A stretch of DNA of 64,000 nt from Thermodesulfovibrionales bacterium (GTDB lineage: Bacteria > Nitrospirota > Thermodesulfovibrionia > Thermodesulfovibrionales > UBA6898). Positions 49,221-58,114 of this stretch are shown one piece after another. Position 1 is the first letter of the stretch; every line of letters starts with the position of its first letter. Position numbers and translations under genes: made by a program. The stretch spans positions 154,887-218,886 of the forward strand of contig JBIOIY010000002.1 in the NCBI GenBank assembly GCA_044450345.1, given 5' to 3'. The notes under the pieces are model-generated. The model worked only from the letters and a program-made list of their open reading frames with translations. It ran no database searches and was not told where the DNA came from.

Positions 49221-51872
49221 TCAGACAAAATCCTCATGTGTAAGACGATTTTCAGCTAACTTGAGCAAGGCAGGCAGAAGAACGAGGGTCGAGAGTATCA
49301 AAAACCCCAGACAGAGCGTGAGGAGTATCCCTATACTCGCAATTCCCCTGTGAGGCGAGAATGAGAGGCTTCCGGTACTGACCATCGTGGCAAGGTTGCT
49401 GAACAGCGCAGCCCTGGCATTGCTCGTCGTCAGCATATTCCCGCCCTGCGGGCGTTCGGACTGGTAGCGGACGACAAAGATGATCCCGCTGTGTACGCCG
49501 ATGCCGAGCAGCAGCGGCACAACGATGACATTGGCAAAATTCAGCGGGATTCCGAGAAGCACCGAGGCAGCCGCTGTCGTAAGCATTACCAGCACTAACG
49601 GTGTCAATATCAGGACTGTGATCAGAAACCTCCTCAACTCAACCAACAGGTATATGGTGATCGCTATAAATGCATACAGGGTGGCCTCCCTGAAAGAGGA
49701 TATGATAGCCATACCCGACTCGTAGATCGATACCGGCGCATCGGTGGCGTCCGGAGCGACTGTCTGAACTGACTTCACAAACCCCGCAAGGGACGCCCTG
49801 TCCATGATGTTTTCACGCGGGAATACCTGCACCCTGTAGCGTCCGTCTGAAGACAGATATTGGGCCTCCAGGTCATCCGGAAGTGAAGCCACATCAACAG
49901 GGGATGCCTGGAGAGACTTATCGAGCCTCCGGAATAGAAGGGGCAGATTCGACAACAATCCGTCTTCGAGTTCCTCAAAAGCCTTATTGCCTTTTACAGG
50001 GTCCCTTAGGAGCATCTTGAACCTTTGGATACTTTCATGAAGTCCGCGGAGCGGACCGCTCTCTTTTTCGGAATATGACGCAATAGCGGCCTCCAGCCTC
50101 TTATCGAAGGCATCGAGGGCAATGAGGTCCTGCTGATAGCTCAATTTCTTTATCGTTACGTTTCCAAGCCCGGGCGGCATAAAAAGGCGGATATCTGAAA
50201 GAATGCCAAGTTTTTCAGTCTGATTTTCAGGCACAAAATCGAAAAGCGTGGCCACCATCTTTACCTCCCTGAGTGTCCCCAGCTTCTCCGCCAGTCTCCC
50301 GGCATCTTCTTTTCCACCGGCAAGGACAGAGATCGTCCATGGCGATGTCCCGGGATCTCTGAAAAGTTCCTTGACCGCAGCAACCGATTCTGATTTCGGG
50401 TCATAAAGGTTCAGCGGATTATAATCGAAGTAGAATCTGGGCAGAAGAAGGGTAGAAGCAATTCCAAGAAAGAGGGAGACCAAAACGATAAGACGCGGAT
50501 ACCGGTATGGAACCTTCACAATCGTCATGACAGTATCTGCACCGGGCGCTTTTTTGGCAGTAACAGGCAATAATTCGATCAAGGCGGGAAGTATGGTCAG
50601 GTTCGCAATAAAGCTTATAAACATGCCCGTACCTGATATAAGACCGAGTTCCGCAACTCCTGCATATGCCGTAGGAATGAACGCGTAAAAGCCTATCGCC
50701 GTCGTGACACAACTGAGGAGGAGACTCCTGCCAACGCCTACAGACGTGGTCGCAAGGCTATCTCCGTGCGAGAGCCCTGATTCGAGCAGTTCCTTATGTC
50801 GGAGACAAAACTGGATGCTGTAATCGATCCCGAGACCTATAAAAAGGACCGCAAACGTCACCGATATCATATTAAGACTGCCGATAAAGGCTATCGCAAA
50901 GCCGGTGGTCCAGACCAGGCCGATAAGCAGGGTCGCGAGCGATGCGACCATCATACGGCCATACCCCCCCAGTCCGATATAAATAATAAAGCCAACCAAT
51001 ATCAGTGACGCGAGGGTGGCAGCACCTACGCTATTCCGCACCTCGGCAAGATTCTCACTGGCCAGCGCAACGTCGCCCGTAATACGAATTCTCACGCCGC
51101 TTCTGCCGTCCAGGCCGAAATCCTTAGTGATGGTACGCACCTTATCGAGGGCGAGCTCGCCCGCCGACAGACTATTCGCCGAAAGGAAAGGCCTGACGAT
51201 AATAAACTGCCTCTGCTGCTGTTCGGCCTCCTTCTCCCCGAGCATAATCCTCTGCCATGACATTTGGTACAAACGACGGGAGGCTGTGTGATCAAAGGAA
51301 CGTCTCATCTCTTCGAAAAGAAGCGATGGCATTCCCTCCCTCAACCCCGCATCTTTGGGTTGTTCCAGTGCCTGACCGAGCACCGAAAATAGTCCTCTCA
51401 GGCTTAAATCCTGTGCAAGGAAACCGATGAGCGGCTGCGCAGCCGTCATTTTGTCTGAGAAACTCTCGAGTTCGTCTACGCCCAGATAAAGAAGCCCGTT
51501 CTTCTCGAAAAAATCGCCTCCCCCAGGTTCATAGACGTCCCTGAAGAGCGTTTTTTCGTCTCTTAACAGTCCGGCAAGGCGCACACGCGCACTCGTTGCG
51601 AGTTCGGGCGTCTGTCCGTCGATCACCACGACGATCGTATCGGAGAGTTGAGGAAAGGCCCGGGTAAAATCGTTCTCAAGCCTGCGGAAGCGGAGCTTCT
51701 CCGATATCATGCCGTTTACGTCGGTGTTTATCTTGAAATGAGTCAGGGAATAGTACAGGATCCCGGCGGTCAGGAGAACGGTGACAGCTACCACAGCCCC
51801 GGCGTGAAGCCGGACAAAGGTGATCCATTCGCTGAGAAGCCTCCTTACCCGGCTGTCGTCTCCCCTCATCAT
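49221..51872 (-). CDS. hpnN: Hopanoid RND/MMPL transporter HpnN
   Basis: FFEKNGLLYL, GLGIDY, ELGLISGTG, LNFANVI.VPLLLGIGV. Confidence 0.93.
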   Translation of the reverse strand: MMRGDDSRVRRLLSEWITFVRLHAGAVVAVTVLLTAGILYYSLTHFKINTDVNGMISEKLRFRRLENDFTRAFPQLSDTIVVVIDGQTPELATSARVRLAGLLRDEKTLFRDVYEPGGGDFFEKNGLLYLGVDELESFSDKMTAAQPLIGFLAQDLSLRGLFSVLGQALEQPKDAGLREGMPSLLFEEMRRSFDHTASRRLYQMSWQRIMLGEKEAEQQQRQFIIVRPFLSANSLSAGELALDKVRTITKDFGLDGRSGVRIRITGDVALASENLAEVRNSVGAATLASLILVGFIIYIGLGGYGRMMVASLATLLIGLVWTTGFAIAFIGSLNMISVTFAVLFIGLGIDYSIQFCLRHKELLESGLSHGDSLATTSVGVGRSLLLSCVTTAIGFYAFIPTAYAGVAELGLISGTGMFISFIANLTILPALIELLPVTAKKAPGADTVMTIVKVPYRYPRLIVLVSLFLGIASTLLLPRFYFDYNPLNLYDPKSESVAAVKELFRDPGTSPWTISVLAGGKEDAGRLAEKLGTLREVKMVATLFDFVPENQTEKLGILSDIRLFMPPGLGNVTIKKLSYQQDLIALDAFDKRLEAAIASYSEKESGPLRGLHESIQRFKMLLRDPVKGNKAFEELEDGLLSNLPLLFRRLDKSLQASPVDVASLPDDLEAQYLSSDGRYRVQVFPRENIMDRASLAGFVKSVQTVAPDATDAPVSIYESGMAIISSFREATLYAFIAITIYLLVELRRFLITVLILTPLVLVMLTTAAASVLLGIPLNFANVIVVPLLLGIGVHSGIIFVVRYQSERPQGGNMLTTSNARAALFSNLATMVSTGSLSFSPHRGIASIGILLTLCLGFLILSTLVLLPALLKLAENRLTHEDFV

Positions 51873-52078
51873 TTATCGAGGACCCCGATGAAGGCATTCC
51901 CAAATTGCGCTCTTTCGGTTATCATAAACAACATCTGTAAATGATATCAAAAAAGAGCAATCTATTGCCCTTAAGAAAAGGCACGAAATAATTGAACCCG
52001 CACGAACAGTCGGCGACAGAGGTTTTCCCTCATCGCGTCTTTGTGCGGCACCTTGTGTTTTTCTGAGAATAGGTCGGC

Positions 52079-52735
52079 ATGAACATCTCATTTTTTTTGC
52101 ACAAATGGAACAAATATGTAACAGGCCTTTTGACCTCGTTCCTTTTTTTCATCTTCTTCCTCTCCACGCCGCTTTCTTACGCAGTTTCTGAAACACCAGG
52201 ACCCGCCACGGTCATCAGTACCTTTAACGCTGCATTGCTGGAGGCCATGAAGAAGGCGGATCAACTCGGATATTCCGGGCGGTATAAACTCCTCGGTCCG
52301 GTCATAAGAGATTCCTTTGCCCTTTCTTTTATGGCCGTGCAAACATTGGGGAGGTATGGCAAAAATCTCACTGCTGAGGAGCGTGACTTATTGGTAAAAA
52401 ACTATACCGACTGGACTATAGCCACCTACGCAGGCCGCTTTGACGGCTATTCAGGAGAGAGATTCGAAGTCGTCTCGGAGGCGGGTCCTGTGCAGGGCAC
52501 TGTCTCGGTGACGAGCAAGTTGATCAAACAAAACGGCGGGGAGATCGGGTTCCTTTACCTGCTCCGAAAGACAGAAGGCGGCTGGCGCGTCGTTGACATA
52601 CAGATCTCGGGCGTCAGCCAGCTGGCCCTCACGCGGGCCCAGTTTACCAGGGTAATGAAAGACAAAGGCCTTAAAGGGCTGATCTCCATGCTGAAAGAAA
52701 AGATCAGGGGGTTCGAGAAGAGGGGGGAGAAGTAG
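52079..52735 (+). CDS. hpnM: HpnM (MlaC/Ttg2D-like) periplasmic protein
   Basis: ATYAGRFDGYSGERF; WRVVDI..GVSQLA. Confidence 0.88.
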   Translation: MNISFFLHKWNKYVTGLLTSFLFFIFFLSTPLSYAVSETPGPATVISTFNAALLEAMKKADQLGYSGRYKLLGPVIRDSFALSFMAVQTLGRYGKNLTAEERDLLVKNYTDWTIATYAGRFDGYSGERFEVVSEAGPVQGTVSVTSKLIKQNGGEIGFLYLLRKTEGGWRVVDIQISGVSQLALTRAQFTRVMKDKGLKGLISMLKEKIRGFEKRGEK

Positions 52736-52778
52736 GCTATCCTTCCGCGCTCACCGCTTCTTCCAGCATAGTCCTAGC

Positions 52779-52949
52779 TACCACCTGATCGAACGCTCCT
52801 ACGGGTCCTTTATGAGAAGCCTCCACATGCCTGCTGCCCAAGTCCATGCGGACAAGGCAAAGGCAAGCTTCAAGGACGGCATCCTCGAGATAAGAGTCCC
52901 TAAGACCGGAGAGGCAAAGAAGAAAGAACGAAATATCCCCATTGAATAA
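52779..52949 (+). pseudogene. C-terminal fragment of an Hsp20 small heat-shock protein
   Basis: YHLIERSYGSFMRSLHMP..KAKASFKDGILEIRVPK; N-terminal part absent. Confidence 0.85.
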
Positions 52950-53077
52950 CAAGACAGACGCGGCCACAGTTGCCGATACTGTGGCCGCCGTTTATCGTAC
53001 AATCGTGAGATTATCCCTATTCTTAACGCCCGGGGCGCTCGTGCTATACGAGCAGCATACAGCGATCGAAGTGCGGC

Positions 53078-53263
53078 CTATCTGAACCTGAGGGCCTTGA
53101 CCCTCTTTTTTGCGGCCTCCCTCTTCTTCCGCTTCTCCTTCACAGAGGGTTTTTCGTAAAAACTCCGCTGCTTTATCTCCTTGAAAAGGCCCTCCTTCTG
53201 GAGCTGCCTCTTAAGCGATTTTAGCGCCTTTTCGACGTCATTTCCGTAAACCTTTATATCCAA
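53078..53263 (-). CDS. rpsU: 30S ribosomal protein S21
   Basis: EKALKSLKR..FYEKPS. Confidence 0.95.
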   Translation of the reverse strand: MDIKVYGNDVEKALKSLKRQLQKEGLFKEIKQRSFYEKPSVKEKRKKREAAKKRVKALRFR

Positions 53264-53269
53264 GGCGCG

Positions 53270-53635
53270 TTATCTCCGGCCCTTGCCGCCACCGCCGCCG
53301 CCAAAACCGCCTCTTCCACCACCACCACCGCCGAAACCGCCTCTTCCGCCACCGCCGCCACCGCCGAAGCCGCGCCGTTCTCGTGGCTGCTGGGGCTTTG
53401 CCTCAGCGACAGACAGCGTCCTTTCCATGAAAGTAGCTCCGTTAAGAGCGTCTATGGCCTTGCGGGCGTCGTCTTCCGTAGCCATCTCGATAAAGGCAAA
53501 ACCCTTCGGGTTTCCCGTATGTCTATCGGTTATGATCTTCACCGATTCGACTTCCCCGCTCTGCGAAAAGAGCTCCTTCAGGTCCTCTTCGCTCGCCTTG
53601 AACGAGATGTTGCCCACGTAAATCTTCTTTTCCAT
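53270..53635 (-). CDS. RRM RNA-binding protein with Gly-rich tail
   Basis: RNP2 IYVGNI, RNP1 KGFAFIEM, repeated RGGFGGGGGG. Confidence 0.95.
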   Translation of the reverse strand: MEKKIYVGNISFKASEEDLKELFSQSGEVESVKIITDRHTGNPKGFAFIEMATEDDARKAIDALNGATFMERTLSVAEAKPQQPRERRGFGGGGGGGRGGFGGGGGGRGGFGGGGGGKGRR

Positions 53636-53770
53636 CTTCTTTCTCTCCTCTTCTTTCCCAGGGAAATAAAAACCCCAGAGCTTTTAAAGTCTCTGAGGTT
53701 CTCATAACTCCAAAAGTTTCTGGTACTAGTATAGACTAAAAGTAGTCTCACTGTAAACTGTCAAAGATAA

Positions 53771-54334
53771 TCAGCCCTTTCCTATTGAAAAAGCCTTCCC
53801 GACAAACCTGCCTATGCCGTAATAATTGCGGCTGACCGGCGTAAATATTACGGGCCGAAGTTTTTCAATATCGGGGACTTCACCGTCTCCAAGCACGGAC
53901 TCATCGGCCTTGACGTCCATGACCTCTCCGATGAACTGGGTGTGGCTGCCGAGTTCAATGCTCTGTGCCAGCCGGCATTCGATGACAAGGGGAAATTCCT
54001 CGATATAAGGCGCATTGACATAGCCTCCCTTCACCGGCGTAAGCCCGATTGTCTTAAATTTGTCCTCCTTACTGCCCGAAACCATACCGAAATAATCAGC
54101 AGCCTTGATCTGGGCCTCCGACGGTATATTCACGGTAAATGCCTCTCTCTCCATAATATTGCCGTACGTATAGGCGGCCTTTCTTATGGAAACAGCGATA
54201 CACGGCGGAGTGGAACAACATATCCCGCCCCATGAAGCGGTCATGGCGTTGGCACTGCCTGCGCTGTCATAAGTCCCGATCACGAGAACAGGAGTCGGGT
54301 ACAGCAACGTCTTAGCACCTAATGATTTTTTCAT
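53771..54334 (-). CDS. Flavoredoxin / flavin reductase-like protein
   Basis: [39 protein letters not shown]. Confidence 0.9.
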   Translation of the reverse strand: MKKSLGAKTLLYPTPVLVIGTYDSAGSANAMTASWGGICCSTPPCIAVSIRKAAYTYGNIMEREAFTVNIPSEAQIKAADYFGMVSGSKEDKFKTIGLTPVKGGYVNAPYIEEFPLVIECRLAQSIELGSHTQFIGEVMDVKADESVLGDGEVPDIEKLRPVIFTPVSRNYYGIGRFVGKAFSIGKG

Positions 54335-54414
54335 AACTGTCCTCCGAACTTCATTTCCTGAAATTATAGCAGCGACGGGAGGTTTTATAAAGCAGCTTAT
54401 TGCGCGGAAATTAT

Positions 54415-55293
54415 TTAGGGCCGGCTCGTTTCAAAAAATGCCGCCTTCTCCCGTTTCACTTCGTTCCCTGTTCTGTCTCTGAATATAAGCTCGTCAGTTT
54501 CCAGTTCATATTCAGGCAGGTCAGGGTCATGCCAGCGGTCGAGGAAATACTGATAAAAAGGGTTATAGAGACACCCCGGGTTCCTCTGATTTCTGAATAT
54601 GTATTCCGGCAATCTCCGGACGTCGATCCCGTGGTGGTAATGTCTCATAAAGACAAAATCGCCCAGTATAGCGAGCTTGAAAAGGGGAATGTCGGGATAG
54701 AGTTTCAGCCGAATATCTTTCTGTACTTCTTTCAGGTCCTTGAGAAATTCAATGCTCTTGACGATCTGTTCCCTGAAGCTGTGCACGGTGATATCCTGGG
54801 ACTGCATGCTCTTGGCACGTGAACCTGCTCCTTCCCCTAAAGGATCGAGGAGCATGATCTTGGCTCCCCGACACTTTTGTATCACCAGATGAAGGTCTCC
54901 CGAAGGTTCTACGAAGGTCCTGAACCCCGTAGATCCGATGATCATCACATTTCTCGAAACGCCGTTTCTCTCTTTCAGTTTTCTTATTCTGGAGCGATCC
55001 AGAATACCGCTTTCACGTCCCAGCGCATAGAGACCGGCCTCTTTTGCCATACTCGAGAGTCTTCTGTTTCTTAGGTTTTTCACTATGAAGTTGAAAAGGA
55101 GGATAAGGAGGACCGCGGTTCCGATCTCTATGGAGATAAGGAACATCTTCTCGTTTTCTATCAACGCCCAATATCCCAGGAACTTCTTCGCTGCAAACCT
55201 TGCCGTAAACGGCAGTGAGAGGGCAACCGCAGCGCTGAGTACAACAATGATAATGTGATAAAGAACGTGAGACAAATTCTTCAGTCGTTGCAC
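54415..55293 (-). CDS. Hypothetical protein, two N-terminal TM helices plus a soluble domain
   Basis: GTG start behind [21 protein letters not shown]. Confidence 0.75.
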   Translation of the reverse strand: MQRLKNLSHVLYHIIIVVLSAAVALSLPFTARFAAKKFLGYWALIENEKMFLISIEIGTAVLLILLFNFIVKNLRNRRLSSMAKEAGLYALGRESGILDRSRIRKLKERNGVSRNVMIIGSTGFRTFVEPSGDLHLVIQKCRGAKIMLLDPLGEGAGSRAKSMQSQDITVHSFREQIVKSIEFLKDLKEVQKDIRLKLYPDIPLFKLAILGDFVFMRHYHHGIDVRRLPEYIFRNQRNPGCLYNPFYQYFLDRWHDPDLPEYELETDELIFRDRTGNEVKREKAAFFETSRP

Positions 55294-55339
55294 TTTAGTA
55301 AACCTCCGTGAGCAGTTTTGAATGATGAGCGTCTGTGAA

Positions 55340-55693
55340 TCAGGACAGGACAATCAGGGCGGTGACCAGAAAAAAAGCGATATCGGAACTTACGGTTTCT
55401 CCTTCATCTGATATTTTTTCGCAAAGCGCAGCCACAAGTCTTACCTCACGGTCGCCCATGCTGTAAATCTTCTCTTTCGATTTTTCAAGAAGCTTCCTGT
55501 CATGTATCTTATCTTCAAGAACGGGGAGGATCTTGGAAATTTCCCCATTATGGTCAGTTTCATGGACTATCGGCAGGTTTCGCTCGGTCACAGCGCCGAA
55601 AGTCGGCGTCCCGCTCGCCGGTAGAAATGCAACGGGGACAAAAAACAACAACGCCAGGAAGTATCCCAGGGTTGAGGCTATTTTTTTTCTCAT
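55340..55693 (-). CDS. Hypothetical exported/membrane protein
   Basis: AAAGGGG RBS; signal peptide; hydrophobic C-terminus. Confidence 0.65.
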   Translation of the reverse strand: MRKKIASTLGYFLALLFFVPVAFLPASGTPTFGAVTERNLPIVHETDHNGEISKILPVLEDKIHDRKLLEKSKEKIYSMGDREVRLVAALCEKISDEGETVSSDIAFFLVTALIVLS

Positions 55694-55852
55694 CGTTACC
55701 CCCTTTATTGTCAGTCCTTACCACGGAGTATTCATCTCTATATAAGACCGCTGAAGAGGAGTCTTCCGCAGGCTATGTAGCGAAAAGTATAGGTTTATAA
55801 GATGAAGAAAAGATGAAGATGGGATTAAGAAATTTTCATCTAAAAATTAGGC

Positions 55853-56500
55853 TTATTGCTGATGCCGCAGTTCATCGAGATGTTTCATGAAAAGCCGGTA
55901 ATTGTCTTCCGGTCTTCCCCCCATGAAAATCCTGCTTCCCACACACGCATAATCAACGCCGGCATCATATAACATTCCTATATTTTCAGTAGATATCCCT
56001 CCGTCAACCCCGATCGTTTTCTCCGGGAAGGTCCTTCGCGCTTCGAAAACCTTCGTCACCGTTTCCGGCAGGAAAGTCCCCCCATATCTGCCGGGATACA
56101 CTGTAAGAAAAAGAAGTGTGTCGAAATGTTCGGCAGTATTTCGAATCATGTCAAGAGTGGTTTCGGGCCGGACAGCAAGGCCCGGAGAAAGCCCCCTGAT
56201 CCGTATTTCTTTCGCCAGGCCCGCATGGTCAGTCCCGGATTCAAAATGGGCTATGATTTTCCTGAGCCCTGGATTATGAATTTTTTTTGCGACAACTGCG
56301 GGATCTTTCACCATAAGATGCACCTCGAAAGAAAGGTGGGTAACAAGCGTGTCGATAAGTCCAGGCTCAAAACTCCGGGTATCTACAAATACGCCGTCCA
56401 TGACATCAATCTGGACATAGTCAGTGAAGGACTCGGCCAGCCGCATCCCGCGGACAAAATCGTCGAAGTCTTCGGCGAGGACTGACGGGACAACCTTCAT
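55853..56500 (-). CDS. rpe: Ribulose-phosphate 3-epimerase
   Basis: PSVL, IDVMDGVFV, EVHLMV, VDGGI, VGS. Confidence 0.9.
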   Translation of the reverse strand: MKVVPSVLAEDFDDFVRGMRLAESFTDYVQIDVMDGVFVDTRSFEPGLIDTLVTHLSFEVHLMVKDPAVVAKKIHNPGLRKIIAHFESGTDHAGLAKEIRIRGLSPGLAVRPETTLDMIRNTAEHFDTLLFLTVYPGRYGGTFLPETVTKVFEARRTFPEKTIGVDGGISTENIGMLYDAGVDYACVGSRIFMGGRPEDNYRLFMKHLDELRHQQ

Positions 56501-57255
56501 CCCCCCTTTTCTCCTTTTTTTCCCAGAAGCGACCCCGCATCGGCATCCGCCAGATACAGAAGACTTCCCTTTTCAGGCGCCACTAACGAAGCAGGAAGAG
56601 AAGGATCGCTGCCGTCCAGAACGTCTCTGAGCACCCCCGCCTTCTCTTGCCCCGTCACGAGAAATATTACATTTCCCGCATTATTAATCACGGGAAGCGT
56701 AAGGGTTATCCGGTCATGAATATTTTTGCCGAGGATGACCGCGCTTGCTATCCGCTTTTTTTCATCCAGGGCCTGGCTTGCAGGAAAGAGAGACGCCGTA
56801 TGTCCGTCAGTCCCGATGCCCAGCATAACAAGATCGAACTCCGGCATGCCGTCCCCCGGTAACCCGAAAAACAGAGCGATATCACTCTCATAGCGCTCCG
56901 CTGCCGATATAGGGTCAGGAAGGTCAGTCGGGATGGGATGGATGTTTCCGGGCGGGACGCCGGCACCGTCCAAAAGCGTTTTCCTGATCATCCGGTAGTT
57001 GCTGTCCGCCTCGGTATAGGGAACGAAACGTTCATCCGCGAAAAAGACGTGCGTCTTGTGCCATAAAATTCCTTTTCCCCCTTCAGCGGCCAGTCTCCGA
57101 TACACCTCTATGGGTGTCTTTCCCCCGGAAAGGGCGACAGCGAAGAACCCCCGCAAGCGAATCGCCCCCGACGATATGTCCCTCCATTTGGCAACGACGA
57201 AATCAGCCATCTTACCAGTATCGTCAAAAACAAGTGTCAGGCGGGAACTATTCAC
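56497..57255 (-). CDS. pgl: 6-phosphogluconolactonase
   Basis: ALSGGKTP, DERFVP..SNY, GIGTDGHTASLFP, RITLT. Confidence 0.95.
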   Translation of the reverse strand: MNSSRLTLVFDDTGKMADFVVAKWRDISSGAIRLRGFFAVALSGGKTPIEVYRRLAAEGGKGILWHKTHVFFADERFVPYTEADSNYRMIRKTLLDGAGVPPGNIHPIPTDLPDPISAAERYESDIALFFGLPGDGMPEFDLVMLGIGTDGHTASLFPASQALDEKKRIASAVILGKNIHDRITLTLPVINNAGNVIFLVTGQEKAGVLRDVLDGSDPSLPASLVAPEKGSLLYLADADAGSLLGKKGEKGG

Positions 57256-58114
57256 CGATCAATGAATTCCAGTCCTGAGAAAATTTCTCCATCCCCTTCA
57301 TTGTCAGGTCGTGCCCGATCTCGTACTTACGCCAGTCTTTCCCCAAGTCGATGGTCTTATACGGTATTTCCTTTAGGCCTTTCGGATCATATACATATTC
57401 CTCGCCCGACAGAGGAAGCCCCTTTTCAGCCCATGCCTTTAATATTTCGAAAGGCGCGGTGATTATGTCCGAACCGAGTTGCAGGGCATACAGAAAGTGG
57501 TCCATATTTCTCACGCTCGCGGTCAGCACTTCGACGTGGCCGTCCCCTTCCCTGTACATCCTTATCACATTAGCGATAACGTCCATCCCGTTTTCGCCCC
57601 TGTCGTCCAGCCTTCCGATAAACGGAGAGACAAATACCTGCCCTTTTTTAGCACCACGCGTAGCAGCGTACACCGCCGCCGCCTGCTCCTGCGAAAAGCA
57701 GAGCGTGAGGTTCACCCTCATCCCGTCCTTGACCGCCTGTTCCGCGGCCTTAAGCCCTTCGGTCGACGTTGGAAATTTAACGTGCGCGTTCGGTATCCAC
57801 GAAAACATCTCCTTCGCCTGCTTCAGCATTGTTTCCGCCTTTGTAGAAGGGTCGGCGTATACCTCAACCGACACCGAACCACGGGGGATCATCGACGATA
57901 TCTTTTTGACGACCTCCCGATAGAAATCATATACCTCTTTCTCCGTGAACTTGCCCCCGTGCTCCAGGTGTCCCCGTGCGCCAGGATTTTTTGAGATGAG
58001 GGTGGGGTTCGTCGTCTGACCGTCAAGGAACCCGGTCAGTCTGATGATCTCTTGTGTCTCGTCGGGGTTTCCGCTGTCTATGAATATTCGCGTCTTCAGG
58101 TTCTGCGGCCTCAT
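57248..58114 (-). CDS. tal: Transaldolase
   Basis: GQTTNPTL, VKFP, NLTLCFS, SPFIGR, TASVR. Confidence 0.92.
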   Translation of the reverse strand: MRPQNLKTRIFIDSGNPDETQEIIRLTGFLDGQTTNPTLISKNPGARGHLEHGGKFTEKEVYDFYREVVKKISSMIPRGSVSVEVYADPSTKAETMLKQAKEMFSWIPNAHVKFPTSTEGLKAAEQAVKDGMRVNLTLCFSQEQAAAVYAATRGAKKGQVFVSPFIGRLDDRGENGMDVIANVIRMYREGDGHVEVLTASVRNMDHFLYALQLGSDIITAPFEILKAWAEKGLPLSGEEYVYDPKGLKEIPYKTIDLGKDWRKYEIGHDLTMKGMEKFSQDWNSLIGE

